Shown: positions 43,491 through 55,004, counted from the whole stretch's first letter. The stretch: 62,278 bases of DNA, filler included, from Globobulimina sp. (GCA_003354225.1; 33 parts of 33 records of this genome joined end to end with filler, not necessarily neighbours in it), one strand, 5' to 3'. Numbers and translations are program-made. The notes: a model not told the origin generated them from the sequence alone.

Positions 43491-45277
43491 TCATTTTCAG
43501 GCATCAATGAGAATAAAATAATATTGTATCAATATTTAATATTTGTGACTCGTAAACAAAAACCATTTTACGTGACCTATCCGGCAGAATGGTGCTGGGA
43601 CATAGAAGGCCAATGGTTCGCATTCCAACAACATTATGCCATCAATCCAGCGGAAGCAGAGAGGGAAGACAGTCGTTTTAGTATTGGTGGCGCCAACAAA
43701 CACAATAATCATTTCATGGTTGGCGACTTATTAAATATGGTGGTAACAGATAATAACACCGGACATGAATATGAATTCAAACGAACGCATAAATTAATCG
43801 GTTCATTAATAGCTTTTGGACAGATTGAATTTGAGCGGTATTACAGTTCGAGAGAGAAAGAGATTTTTTTATATGATCGAAAGACTGGTTATGATGCGTC
43901 CGCAGTTGAGGATGATTTGAAAATTGGCGAAAAGGTCACCTTTGAAGCGTGGTGGAATAAAGACGATAAAGACAAATATATCTATGATGTGACAAAAAAG
44001 GTAGAAATGAGCGATGATAATGACACGGACATACAATATGCGATTCATTTTGAAATGTTTGCCTTTAATGTAAAAAAAGCAGCGCTCCGAGAGACGCAAG
44101 AGCTGACTGGTTGCAATAAGGTGTCCTGCGATGTTGAAGAGGTAGATAAATATAACGAGAGTGCTGCGAACAATCCCTTATTAGCAGCAGATATGCGGTT
44201 AAGTGCAGCGCTGGAAACCTTGGCCAGTGCGGAGCCTTTGGCAGCGGCTGAATTTGGAGGGAAAAGGTTCGAAGGTTTGTTAATTAGCCTACGGAGGGAC
44301 GATACGGGTTTAATTGTATGTTATCCATATCGACATAAACCGAAACAGGATTTGACATTAATATTTCATAAGAGATTTGTGAAAAAAGCAGATAGATTTA
44401 GATTGAGTGTAAATATGAATCTGGAATTCAGTATCGGTGTAAATGCAGGAAATTCGAATGTGAGTCGAGATTTGTATGGATATGTTGCTATGGATATTAT
44501 TATCACCAAACATGGGTTTGCGAATAAATTTGTACCGCTTGCCATTGAGTCTGTGAGTAGAAAATTTCGAGGTAAAATCATCGTCACTCCGCAGAATGTC
44601 AATAAGTGTGGCTTTATATATAATGACTGCGCGCATAACATGTGCCGATTGGAGATACAGTCTGAGAAACAAATGCATGATTACAGGGTCGCAATGTATG
44701 TGCGATACAATGAAAAGAAGATATCACTGAAACGGAATGCGAGAGATACATTTAAAATAATTGCAACGGATGTAATTGCGATACAGAAAGTGCATCAAAA
44801 TGCATTAACTCTCTATTATACACACGATAATTTTATAAAATATAAAGCGAAAAAATATATTTTTAATCAGAAATTGAAGATTGATAACACATTGAACAAA
44901 AATATTGAATTTAAACTTACAAAATGCGACAAAAATGAGTCTAGAAAGTATTCGGATTTATATTTAATAATCGAAATGGCAGAAACGTATTTAAATGCGT
45001 TTTTAAATACGTCCGGTGGCGCAATATTTTTTGGTGTGAGAGAGGACGGAACCATTTGTGGCCAAAAATGTATGACTAAAAATAAAAGAGATTATATCCG
45101 TAATACCATTGGGCAGCGGATCAATCATTTTAAACCCAGTGTGCCGTCGGAATATTATTCTGTAGAATTTAAACCAGTCATTGATTTGCAAGGATATGCC
45201 ATTGTGGATTGTTATGTTATTATTGCACACGGCGCGAAATTGTATGTTGGTAATGATATTAAACAGCAAATAAAGTT
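43491..45277 (+). CDS. Protein with OB/cold-shock-like repeats and an AlbA_2 (Schlafen) domain, partial at both ends
   Basis: NIEFK...YLNAFLNTSGGAIFFGVREDGTICG is the AlbA_2 signature. Upstream segments (RFEGLL..., KFRGKI...CGFI, LKIGEKVTFE) look like OB/CSD folds. Confidence 0.8.
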
Positions 45278-45495
45278 NNNNNNNNNNNNNNNNNNNNNNN
45301 NNNNNNNNNNNNNNNNNNNNNTTAATTAATTAANNNNNNNNNNNNNNNNNNNNNNNNNNNNNNNNNNNNNNNNNNNNTTTTGTAGTTTGCATTTTTAATT
45401 AAAGTGTGATCATTATATTTATAATTATATACGTATTACAATTGTCTCAATTAAAACATGCTGATTTGATATCCAGTCAGGTGTCGTGGAATATG

Positions 45496-45688
45496 GATGA
45501 CTAGCTCACTCCAAGAAAATCTTAATATCAGGGTTCTCACCTCATAGATCGACGACAAATTTTTAGCTTTATTGCAATGATTTGTCTCGTCTTTCATATG
45601 CTAGAATCCTGGAAAAATCTATCCTTGCACTGTCGTCTATGAGGTGAGAACCCTGATATTAACATTTTCTTGAAGTGAGCTAGTCATC
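45496..45688. mobile_element. MITE (193 bp) with ~55-bp TIRs and a 7-bp TSD
   Basis: GATGACTAGCTCACTCCAAGAAAATCTTAATATCAGGGTTCTCACCTCATAGA is inverted at the right end; GAATATG flanks both sides (45489-45495 and 45689-45695). Confidence 0.85.
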
Positions 45689-45773
45689 GAATATGTGTTA
45701 AATACTTCAACTAGAAACAGTACGCTGTTTTTTATCGTAAAGTCATTATTTTCCGTAAATTTCAGATTGAACC

Positions 45774-46763
45774 ATGGCATTAAAAAAGTTTTTTGTACAT
45801 AAATTCAATTATCACCCGTCAATGTTGCATCAAACGAAATATTTTTGCAGTGCCATTCCAAAACAAAACATTGCTCCTCCATCATTATTGAAACAATTAC
45901 AACCAGAATCAAACGCAAGTTTCACAAAACCAACATTTGATGATGAAGATACCCATTTATTTACGCGTACACTTATAACTCCAAAGCCATTTAACCGTTA
46001 TCATCATTTATGGCTTCATAAAACATTAACAAATGAGAAACGAATTAGCAATTTGCCGATTCCAACACCAAATCATAAAATATTACCCATCATCACCTGT
46101 ATCATACATCATATTAATCTCAATGGTCCAGCCACATTGGAAAGTTTATGGAGAGGGTTACGTCCATTGGGCATTGTAAGAAGCAAAAGAAGATTAAAAA
46201 AAACAATAAAAAAATATACTGAAAAGTATCCAGAAACATTGCCATTTGTCAATATCAACAAACATAATCTGGAAACACAAACAAATAAAGCTGACCATGC
46301 AATTGATTCTGATATCGATTCTGATATTGATTCTGGAACTGAGTCTGACGCAGAATTTAAAATTGATTCAGATTTTTCAGACTCAGATTCAGCTGTATCT
46401 ACTGATTGGGATACGGAGGGATTGCAACCAGCAATATATGGTATAAGGCCAGAGAAAAAAGAAAAAATTATCAAAAAATATGACAAAAGATGGAGTGATA
46501 TCGAAACTGATATTGAATCTGGCAAAATACCATCGTACCATGATAACACAGGTACGAATGTGTGGTGGTATTCTATTCATGAACATGCTAAACCTGTGGC
46601 AAAAGGGCCAATTTTATGGGACCAACTAATTGAAAGGGCCAAATCTGATAAAAAGAGTAAAGGCAAATTGAATAAAAATAAGATCACCAATCAAACGCCA
46701 GTCTTCAACTTTGCATACATGGATCATTGGAAATTACTTGTCGATGTCATGAAACATGTGTGA
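45774..46763 (+). CDS. Hypothetical protein with a possible mitochondrial targeting peptide
   Basis: Complete 329-aa ORF; basic N-terminus lacking acidic residues; internal Asp/Ser tract. Confidence 0.65.
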   Translation: MALKKFFVHKFNYHPSMLHQTKYFCSAIPKQNIAPPSLLKQLQPESNASFTKPTFDDEDTHLFTRTLITPKPFNRYHHLWLHKTLTNEKRISNLPIPTPNHKILPIITCIIHHINLNGPATLESLWRGLRPLGIVRSKRRLKKTIKKYTEKYPETLPFVNINKHNLETQTNKADHAIDSDIDSDIDSGTESDAEFKIDSDFSDSDSAVSTDWDTEGLQPAIYGIRPEKKEKIIKKYDKRWSDIETDIESGKIPSYHDNTGTNVWWYSIHEHAKPVAKGPILWDQLIERAKSDKKSKGKLNKNKITNQTPVFNFAYMDHWKLLVDVMKHV

Positions 46764-46890
46764 TTATGAAAAAACTTTCTAAATTTGTCTCTCCACTAAA
46801 CAATCTTCTACCAAACAAAAACCACATTCCACACCTTTCAACTTAACACCTTTACACCTTACACCTTACACCAATCAATCATTCCACGCG

Positions 46891-47166
46891 ATGTCTCGTG
46901 GCAGAACCATGTCTCGCGGCGGTGGCGGCAAAACAATGTCCCGTTACCGTCTCTATGTCGGTAACATTTCGCATCGTGCTCACCCGCGCGATGTGGAAGA
47001 CTTATTTCGCGATTATGGCGAATTGGTAGATTTCGATTTCAAGGATCGAGGACAACAGGTCAATTTCTGCTTTGTTGAATTTAAATCCTCGCGCGATGCT
47101 GAAGACGCTATGTACGAATTAAATGGTCATCGGTTATTAGGCGTACCTATTATCGTGGAACCAGCC
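46891..47166 (+). CDS. RRM protein, SR splicing factor-like, 3'-partial
   Basis: RLYVGNI (RNP2), FCFVEF (RNP1) and RDAEDAMYELNG. Confidence 0.88.
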
Positions 47167-47266
47167 NNNNNNNNNNNNNNNNNNNNNNNNNNNNNNNNNN
47201 NNNNNNNNNNTTAATTAATTAANNNNNNNNNNNNNNNNNNNNNNNNNNNNNNNNNNNNNNNNNNNN

Positions 47267-48689
47267 AACCATTTTCCAGCGCAATATCGCTGCATTTTGA
47301 GATTAAAGCGTATAACTTTACAGATGGTAACAATGGGCATTCGAATGGTGGTTCACCTTCGACTTCATTTAATTTTCGCGACCGTTTGAAATTAGAAATG
47401 TGCTGCGGAAATAAAAACGTTTTATGATATTCCGCACCAAACAATGTAGCCACAAATCCGCTGCCATTTTGGCGATCCGCAGCGGAATCATAACTCAATA
47501 AAGCACCATCCGGTTGAGTCAGAGTCCCATTTAAAGCCAACAGCACTGCCTCCACAGCGCACGTATCCCATTTTTTTGTGCCAAATTGAGGGAATATGAA
47601 TGCATCGGCGTCGCCTTCAATAATCAACAAAGCTTTCCCTCCGGCACCGCCTGCTTGCACCAACTTAGCCGCTTTGCAACACGCGATATATTTCTTCATT
47701 CCATCGCGGAAATGTATCTTTGTAGTAACTACATACCTTCTCGGCGACGGCAGTGCTACTCGTTTGGGTAAATCTTGCATTATTTGTTGGAATGTGTTGC
47801 CGTGATATTTTGCATTATTTTTGTAGCCAAAGCCCAAACATACAACGCCTACAATGGCAATTATGCATTGTCCAGTAAACGGTCGATGGATAACTCCAGC
47901 AATGGGTCGTTTGGTGCGTTGGTCGGCAATGCCAATTAAAGTGGTCACTGCGCGTTGTTCCCCTTTTAATAATGCCTTAGTTCCATCTAACGGGTCCAGC
48001 CAAATTATGATGTTCTCGACGTTATGAGTCATAGTTTGCGATTTGATGATAATATCTGCGCCGTTATCATCCACCAATGTATCGACTGCTTTTTCCAATA
48101 TCGCAGTTTTATGCTCTTCCAATTCATTGTATTCAATGTCGCCTTCTTCGGAAATTATATGGATTCCTGGGAAATGTGCGCGGAGCGAACGTACTATAAT
48201 TTCATTGGCAGCTAAATCTATACATTTTATATATGGTCAGATGAAACATTAATATTTTTATTAAAAACGTTTCTAATTAACATTTTTTACGGTTTGTGTA
48301 TAAATATGTGTACCTGCTTCAGTGCGAGGATCGAGTGACCGCAATGATGTTTGCTTTGTGTGTCGTAATAGATTTTTGGGATTATTTCCATACTCTTTTT
48401 CTTCTTTTTCTTTTAGTTCGAGTTCTTTTTGTTTGAAATACTCCATTTTTTCTATGGATGTTCTTTTGTCATTGAAGATAACTCTGTATTCATCACCTTG
48501 TGCATTTTCATATATATCACATATTTCCTCTCCTGCGATTCTCGCCAATTCCTTACATGTCGCAACCAATGAAACTATATTAACTGTACTAGTTAAGTTG
48601 TGTTGTTCTGGTGGGTCAACATTGCTGTTGTTTTTCTCAAATTCTTCATATTCTTCATCCCCAAATCCACAAAATTTTAAACAGTCCAT
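47267..48689 (-). CDS. BPNT1: 3'(2'),5'-bisphosphate nucleotidase (inositol monophosphatase family); intron 48218-48313; 3'-partial
   Basis: Spliced DPRTEA|DLAANEII...FPGIHIISEE, WLDPLDGTK, GGAGGK and KKWDTCA. Confidence 0.85.
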
Positions 48690-49155
48690 CTACGTTTCCC
48701 AAGAATACTAAAATAGAAGAATATGTAACCAAGCTGAAAACCTGGTTCAGTTTGAGTACCCTATGTAGGGATGACCACACTGACTCTTTCGTCATTTTGC
48801 TTGCTTCTTGAGTTGTTGTATTGTGTTTGTATTCTATCAATCCGATAGATTCTAAAAGGAAAGACTTCAATTCTTCGATTTGACAAAGTTAGAAATTGTC
48901 AAATTTTCACTTTTTGAAAAGTTGATCACAAGTTTCTATTTTGTTTGTTATGTGAATTAAAGAATGTATTTTGTTGTTTTGGGTGATATAGATAGCTGTA
49001 CAAACAATATCAAACAGTTTCATTAACAGAAGATTTTGAAAAGTTAAGGACGACANNNNNNNNNNNNNNNNNNNNNNNNNNNNNNNNNNNNNNNNNNNNT
49101 TAATTAATTAANNNNNNNNNNNNNNNNNNNNNNNNNNNNNNNNNNNNNNNNNNNN

Positions 49156-50944
49156 CCAATTGGTGTGTAGATATTTTGATATTAAGGTCAATGGTATACA
49201 GTTATTGAGTGATGTTGATATGATATCAAATAAAAATAATGTGGTTCATTTTTATAAACGGTTTATTAATGAATTAAACAATGAAAACATAATGAATATT
49301 GATTATATTTATAAAAATAAATTGGTATATAAATGGAATAGTGAATGCGTAGAGCGTTGGTGTGATGAGAATGGTTTAGTTGGCATCAAAAATATTATTG
49401 CAAAATGGTGTAATAATGGCAGTAAATTGATGGCAGCAAATACAGATTGTTTATCCTCGAAAATGTCGCTGAATGAATTTAGAATGATGAGAGATGAGGG
49501 ATTTTTTGAGAAATTGGCCATTTTAAAATTGGATTCGAAGCAAATATTGAGATTGATTTTGAATAATTACGTCGATGATTATATTTTATTTTTGCCACCG
49601 ATTTTATGCATTGCAGAGGAGATATTTGCTAATTTTTGTAAATATTTACACATTCTGGGTCTGGATGAATTACCTAAAAAAAGGAAGGGACCATTAACGA
49701 TGCTTGAAATTATTGGTTTGATTATAGATTCGTATAATATGACCATTGCAATATCAGATGTTAAGAAAAATAAAATTAAACAATTACTGTATGGCGCATT
49801 ATTACATGAGGCGATATTGTTGGATGAGTACGAATCGCTGATCGGTAAATTGCAGGACGTTGCTAATTTGAAATGGCCGGGAAAGGCGTTTTTGAGGCGT
49901 CTACGAAAGCGATTGTATGAATGCATAGCTTTGCATGGCAGAAAAAATGTAGTCATACAGTTATTGCCATGGGAATTGAAGGACCTTTGGTGGTGGAGTC
50001 AGTATTTGGATGCTGTTGCTGTTGCGTCGATAATTGATTTGGCAGACACTGAAATGCCAACAGATGTCATGCACTTTGATGGGGCAACGAATGGTTCGCG
50101 TTTAACGGGATGGTGTCCGGGAATTGACGTATTTTATCAGGGACATTGGATCTCAGTGCCAGTGCCTGAAAAATATACAAATGTATTCGTATCACATAGA
50201 GAGGAGTATGAGATAGATTTTGCAATTGCTCATTTTGAAATGGTTGCAAAATGACGTTTAAGCATTTGTTTCGTCCAAAAACGAAATTACTGTTAAAGAC
50301 TGATAATAAGCACGTTGAGTCTGTATTGTTGCAGAAAAACTCGACGGATGAATTCCTACAGTCTTGCTTACGTTGGATTTGTATGTGGTGCATCATCAAT
50401 AATATGCAGGTATACGTTAATTATGTGAATACAAAATTGAATAAATTGCCAGATTTGGCATCGAGATTTGATATGAGTGAATTCAGCAAATTGGCATTGA
50501 AAATATGCAATAAAAATGAGTGGGAATTAAAACCATTCTCTGCGCCATTCACTTTCCCAGATATACATCAATGGTAATCATATTTGAAATGCGTACAAAT
50601 GATATGTATCTATTTATGATATTGACTTGAATATATTTCATGTGCTTATAAGTCGACTACATAGATTTAGATATCGCCATAAGAACCAACCGGAAGGTGC
50701 CATCCTTCAACCTTACTTAAGGGGGCCTAAACTTACATGTTTTTTATTTTGTTTTAAAAAACACAAAGTAAGACTGCAAAAGTTCAAAAGTCCCGTATTT
50801 GATTTGGTACCAGCAATATATCGGGAGATATTATTAATAACTTTGAATGGTGGAATAAAAGCATCATCGGAGGGTACAAAGACAATTTTTTGGAATTTTG
50901 GAGGACAATGCGCAGATTGAATATACCGGATAAATGGGTTTGGA
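49156..50944 (+). mobile_element. Degenerate DIRS-type (tyrosine recombinase) retrotransposon: RT-RNase H (49160-50577, frameshift near 50252) and possible start of the recombinase ORF (about 50750 onward)
   Basis: YVDD, IIGLIIDS, LIGKL...PGKAFLRRL, DLWWW, FDGA, IAHFEM, TDN and YVNTKLNKLPDLASR follow the DIRS RT/RNase H motif order. Confidence 0.85.
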
Positions 50945-51046
50945 NNNNNNNNNNNNNNNNNNNNNNNNNNNNNNNNNNNNNNNNNNNNTTAATTAATTAA
51001 NNNNNNNNNNNNNNNNNNNNNNNNNNNNNNNNNNNNNNNNNNNNTA

Positions 51047-52192
51047 AAATACGATGAAAATGATGTGTCATCATCCACACTGATACAAGAACAGACCGCT
51101 ATGTTAGATATGGGTTATTTGGAGAAATATGTACAAATCTTACAATCGTATCTATGGACCAATAAAAGACAGGAAAATAAACCGAGCAAAAAAAAGAAAA
51201 AAGAAAGGAAAAATAAAAAAGATAAAAAAGAAAACAAACCGAATGAATTATTGTATGATTGGCCTGCCGGACCATCGAAAATCAGCGAAAAAGAGTCCGT
51301 GCAGCATATATTTAAAAACTATCGCGGTAAGAAAAAGGCGTTAATGTGCCAGCTATGTAAACATAAACCATTGGGGGCCTCCACTGCGCACAATGATATT
51401 TGGAGACATTTCATGATTCGACATTATAATTTATTGGAGAAGCATATCAATTTAGGTAAAGAGTTTAAGAAACTGCAAAATTCATTGGATGGCGGTGGCG
51501 ATGGCGATGACGGAGTGCCGTCGGACCCACGCTTTAAGAATTTGAATGAGGAATATGTACAAGGTTTGGCTGTGATGGGATTTCCAATGGAATGGTGTCA
51601 ATTTGCATTGGCGGAATGCAACAATGATATCGCCGCGGCGTCAGATTGGCTGTTAAATCATTTGGATAATATTGATGAGATTATGCGGCAACGAGAAGAG
51701 CAGAGAATGCTGGAAAAACGTAAGAAAATGGACGATAAGAAGCGGAAAGCTGCACAATTTATTATGGAATATCAAATGCAATATAACGAAATCAAAGAAT
51801 TTGGGAAACGATATAAGAAAAATGATTATTTGGATACATTAACACCGCTGAATATTGTGAAGAAATCGAATAATAATAATGTTTATAATACGATAGCAAA
51901 TAATAATTCATATTCAATCAATGATTTTGGTCGAAAGTATCGAGCTCGTTCATCCTTTCGTCAATTTGAATTAAATAATCTGTTATCGCGCATTACGGAT
52001 AAATACACATTTTATCAAATACAGTCATTGTTAGCAAGGGGACAGTTCCATTTAGCAACCATGTATTCGAGGAAATTGATCTCTTTATTGCTGCATCATT
52101 CCCATTCACAGTCGCATTCGATACGGAAATTAAATATATTCACTCAGGACATGACACAAATGGATGACAATAAACAAGATACATTAAGTTAA
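51047..52192 (+). CDS. Fragment of a large protein with a BED-like zinc finger and a UBA domain, 5'-partial
   Basis: CQLC...IWRHFMIRH, and LAVMGFPMEWCQFALAECNNDIAAASDWLLNH (UBA). Confidence 0.75.
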   Translation, partial: KYDENDVSSSTLIQEQTAMLDMGYLEKYVQILQSYLWTNKRQENKPSKKKKKERKNKKDKKENKPNELLYDWPAGPSKISEKESVQHIFKNYRGKKKALMCQLCKHKPLGASTAHNDIWRHFMIRHYNLLEKHINLGKEFKKLQNSLDGGGDGDDGVPSDPRFKNLNEEYVQGLAVMGFPMEWCQFALAECNNDIAAASDWLLNHLDNIDEIMRQREEQRMLEKRKKMDDKKRKAAQFIMEYQMQYNEIKEFGKRYKKNDYLDTLTPLNIVKKSNNNNVYNTIANNNSYSINDFGRKYRARSSFRQFELNNLLSRITDKYTFYQIQSLLARGQFHLATMYSRKLISLLLHHSHSQSHSIRKLNIFTQDMTQMDDNKQDTLS

Positions 52193-52340
52193 GTTTGTAT
52201 ATAAATTATCAGTCACATTTGATAGAACAAGTGAGTGGTTGTTGCAATTTAAAAAAGGAAAAATAAACATTCTGTTCAGAGCTATTTGTTGTTGTTATTT
52301 GTTTCTTGTGATTGAGAATGATTCTTTTTAGAATTTGGTT

Positions 52341-52568
52341 TTATTGAATGATGCAACATGCTCCGCCTTCCGGTTTTGCCCAATCGTTTTCCGGCGAATT
52401 GAAGGGATCTTGAGATTTTTGTATAAATGCAATGATTTCTGCAGCAGCGTCGGTTGTATCCATTGCGTTTTCTATTTTCATCATATCGTCAGTTAGAAAT
52501 TTAGATTCTTCCTCCAAACGGATTATTTCGTCCTGCATTTGTTGCTCTTTATTTTGTTTTCGCGACAT
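52341..52568 (-). CDS. Heterotrimeric G-protein gamma subunit
   Basis: 75 aa; N-terminal coiled coil, DPF...ENDW motif, and C-terminal CCIIQ (CaaX). Confidence 0.85.
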   Translation of the reverse strand: MSRKQNKEQQMQDEIIRLEEESKFLTDDMMKIENAMDTTDAAAEIIAFIQKSQDPFNSPENDWAKPEGGACCIIQ

Positions 52569-52933
52569 TTATTTTGTAGTTGTTTGTTGTTTAATTGTTT
52601 TGACTGTGTAAGATTGACTGTGTCTATTTATCTATTTATCTGTTTATGAGTGTAAATTACGTCAATGGATTATGATTGAAATATTGAGGTTTGTTTTTTT
52701 GCACAAAAATTACTTCTATAATCCACACCAAATACTGTTTTTGCATAAATATAAAATACGTGCATGTAAAAAATCAATTTTAATGTGACTGATAATTATA
52801 TATTTTTGTATGTAATGATTGAATGTGAAATAANNNNNNNNNNNNNNNNNNNNNNNNNNNNNNNNNNNNNNNNNNNNTTAATTAATTAANNNNNNNNNNN
52901 NNNNNNNNNNNNNNNNNNNNNNNNNNNNNNNNN

Positions 52934-53584
52934 AATAGAAATGGATGGCAATCCACTGCGGATATTTTTGATATTTATAAAAGTATAAAATGGAATGTTG
53001 CTCAAGACACTGCAGAGTGTGTGGACAAAATTGGTGTGTTATATAATTATTTGATTGAACAAGTTGCTTTGTGGCTGTTATCCTTTTCCAATTCGTATTA
53101 TTTTGACGATAATGGCTTAATTATAAACTTTCAGACTATGAATGATAATAAGATTTATATTGATATACTCGATTCGTGGATCAATATCAATACAGGAATT
53201 GCAATGAATGTGCCACATTCACATCCAAATAGTGATTTGAGTGGAATCATATATATTGATATTCCGGCAAAGACCCATAAAAATGTAGATAATTTTGATG
53301 GAGATGCGTTTTTTGAGGATCCACGGACAAATTTATTCGATAATAATATGCATTTACAGTTTGCGCAATTCAATGAACCATTGCAGATTACACCGCAGGT
53401 TGGAAATGCTGTTTTATTCCCATCGTGGTTGAGACATTGGACTATGCCGTCATATGAGCCACAGCCAAGGATCTCACTTGCATTCAATGTTAGATTTAAA
53501 GGGATTCATTTAAAGCCAAATGAAAAAGGAAAGGAAAAGGAAAAAACCAGAGCTGATATTCAAATCCTTAAAAGAGAATTATAA
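52934..53584 (+). CDS. 2OG-Fe(II) oxygenase (TIGR02466-like), 5'-partial
   Basis: GWQS, SWININ, PHSHPNSDLSGIIY, FEDPR, LFPSWLRH and RISLAF. Confidence 0.85.
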   Translation, partial: NRNGWQSTADIFDIYKSIKWNVAQDTAECVDKIGVLYNYLIEQVALWLLSFSNSYYFDDNGLIINFQTMNDNKIYIDILDSWININTGIAMNVPHSHPNSDLSGIIYIDIPAKTHKNVDNFDGDAFFEDPRTNLFDNNMHLQFAQFNEPLQITPQVGNAVLFPSWLRHWTMPSYEPQPRISLAFNVRFKGIHLKPNEKGKEKEKTRADIQILKREL

Positions 53585-53662
53585 ATTATTTCATCGATGA
53601 ATATGACTACTCGGTACGCATGCAGACATTTTGAAGTTTTCCGATCGTTTTCCTCCTTAAAC

Positions 53663-54722
53663 ATGTCTCAAAATGAGCTCTCTGACGAAAACGGACGCAG
53701 ATTAAAAATAGCTGGTACTTCTGTGTTATTATTGCTAGCACTGTGTTATTATAAATATTATTATAATAATTGTGCAGCAAAATCAAATACAGAATCAAAA
53801 TGTTGTGATGCAAAAACGAAATCATCATGTTGTGACCAAAAAAAAACACTTTCAAAAGAAGAATCCGCCGCAATAGCACAACAGATAAATTCCCTGTATT
53901 CCGCCACAGCACGTAATTTTAACGAATATTCTGACGCAGAGCAACAAAAAATACAAGCCATAGCAAAGGTGTTCGGATATAGTGCTCAAGAATTATCTGA
54001 AATTGGCACTGACGCAAATATGGGCTTATCCTGTGGCAATCCAGTACGCCAAGCAAACTTAAAGAAGGGAGAGGTAGTGTTAGATCTCGGCTGTGGGGCT
54101 GGAATGGATTTATTTTTAGCAAAGAAGTATATTGGCGATAGTAAGGATGGCGGTGAGTTATTAGGCGTGGACTTTAGCAAAGATATGATTGCCAAAGTTA
54201 ATAGGAATGCGCAGAGGAAAAAAGACAGAAAAGGTGTTGATATATCAAATATGAAATTTATGCATGCTGAAATTGAGCATATGGAGGAAGCAGTTGGTTA
54301 TAACAGAGTTGATTGCGTCATCTCAAATTGTGTTATGAATTTAGTGCAGAATAAGTTGAGTGCGTTTAAAGAGGTTTATCGAGTGTTAAAAGCAAACGGT
54401 GGCAGAGTATGTTTAAGTGATATCGCATTGAAAAAAGAACTGCCATTGAAATGGAAGAATGATATAACTGCTATTACAAATTGCATTGGTGGGGCTATTT
54501 TAGCAAAGGAGTATGAAGAGTTGCTGTATAAAGCAGGCTTTAAAAATGTACAGTTGGTGAATAAAAATGTTGATTTGAATGTGTGGAAGGAATGTTGGTG
54601 GACTATGGTTGGGGATGGCGATGAGAAAAAAGAGTCTGTTGGCTGTTGTGGTGGAGGTGGTCAAAAAAAAGAATCGAGCGGATGTTGTGGTGGAAGTAAT
54701 GATAATTTAAGCGCAGAAAAGA
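53663..54722 (+). CDS. arsM: Arsenite S-adenosylmethionine methyltransferase (ArsM/AS3MT) with an N-terminal TM anchor and Cys-pair extensions, 3'-partial
   Basis: NMGLSCGNP, VLDLGCGAGMD, DCVISNCVMNL and CIGGA motifs. Confidence 0.9.
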
Positions 54723-55004
54723 NNNNNNNNNNNNNNNNNNNNNNNNNNNNNNNNNNNNNNNNNNNNTTAATTAATTAANNNNNNNNNNNNNNNNNNNNNN
54801 NNNNNNNNNNNNNNNNNNNNNNACAGACAACTGAGGCAAGCATATGAAGAGTTTAATACCGCACGTGTTTGTGGTACGTACGTTGATCGTTTGAAAAAAC
54901 AAAAACGGAACATCAAAACGACTGGACCACGATATAAATTACCATCAAAACATACATTAAAAAAAATGAAAACACAAAACAATAACAATATCATTATGAA
55001 TCGA

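Noticed and set aside
52934-54722. 2OG oxygenase plus arsM as a bacterial arsenic operon
   Set aside because: No Shine-Dalgarno sites and no arsR/acr3. Short intergenic gaps are typical of the eukaryotic contigs in this window.
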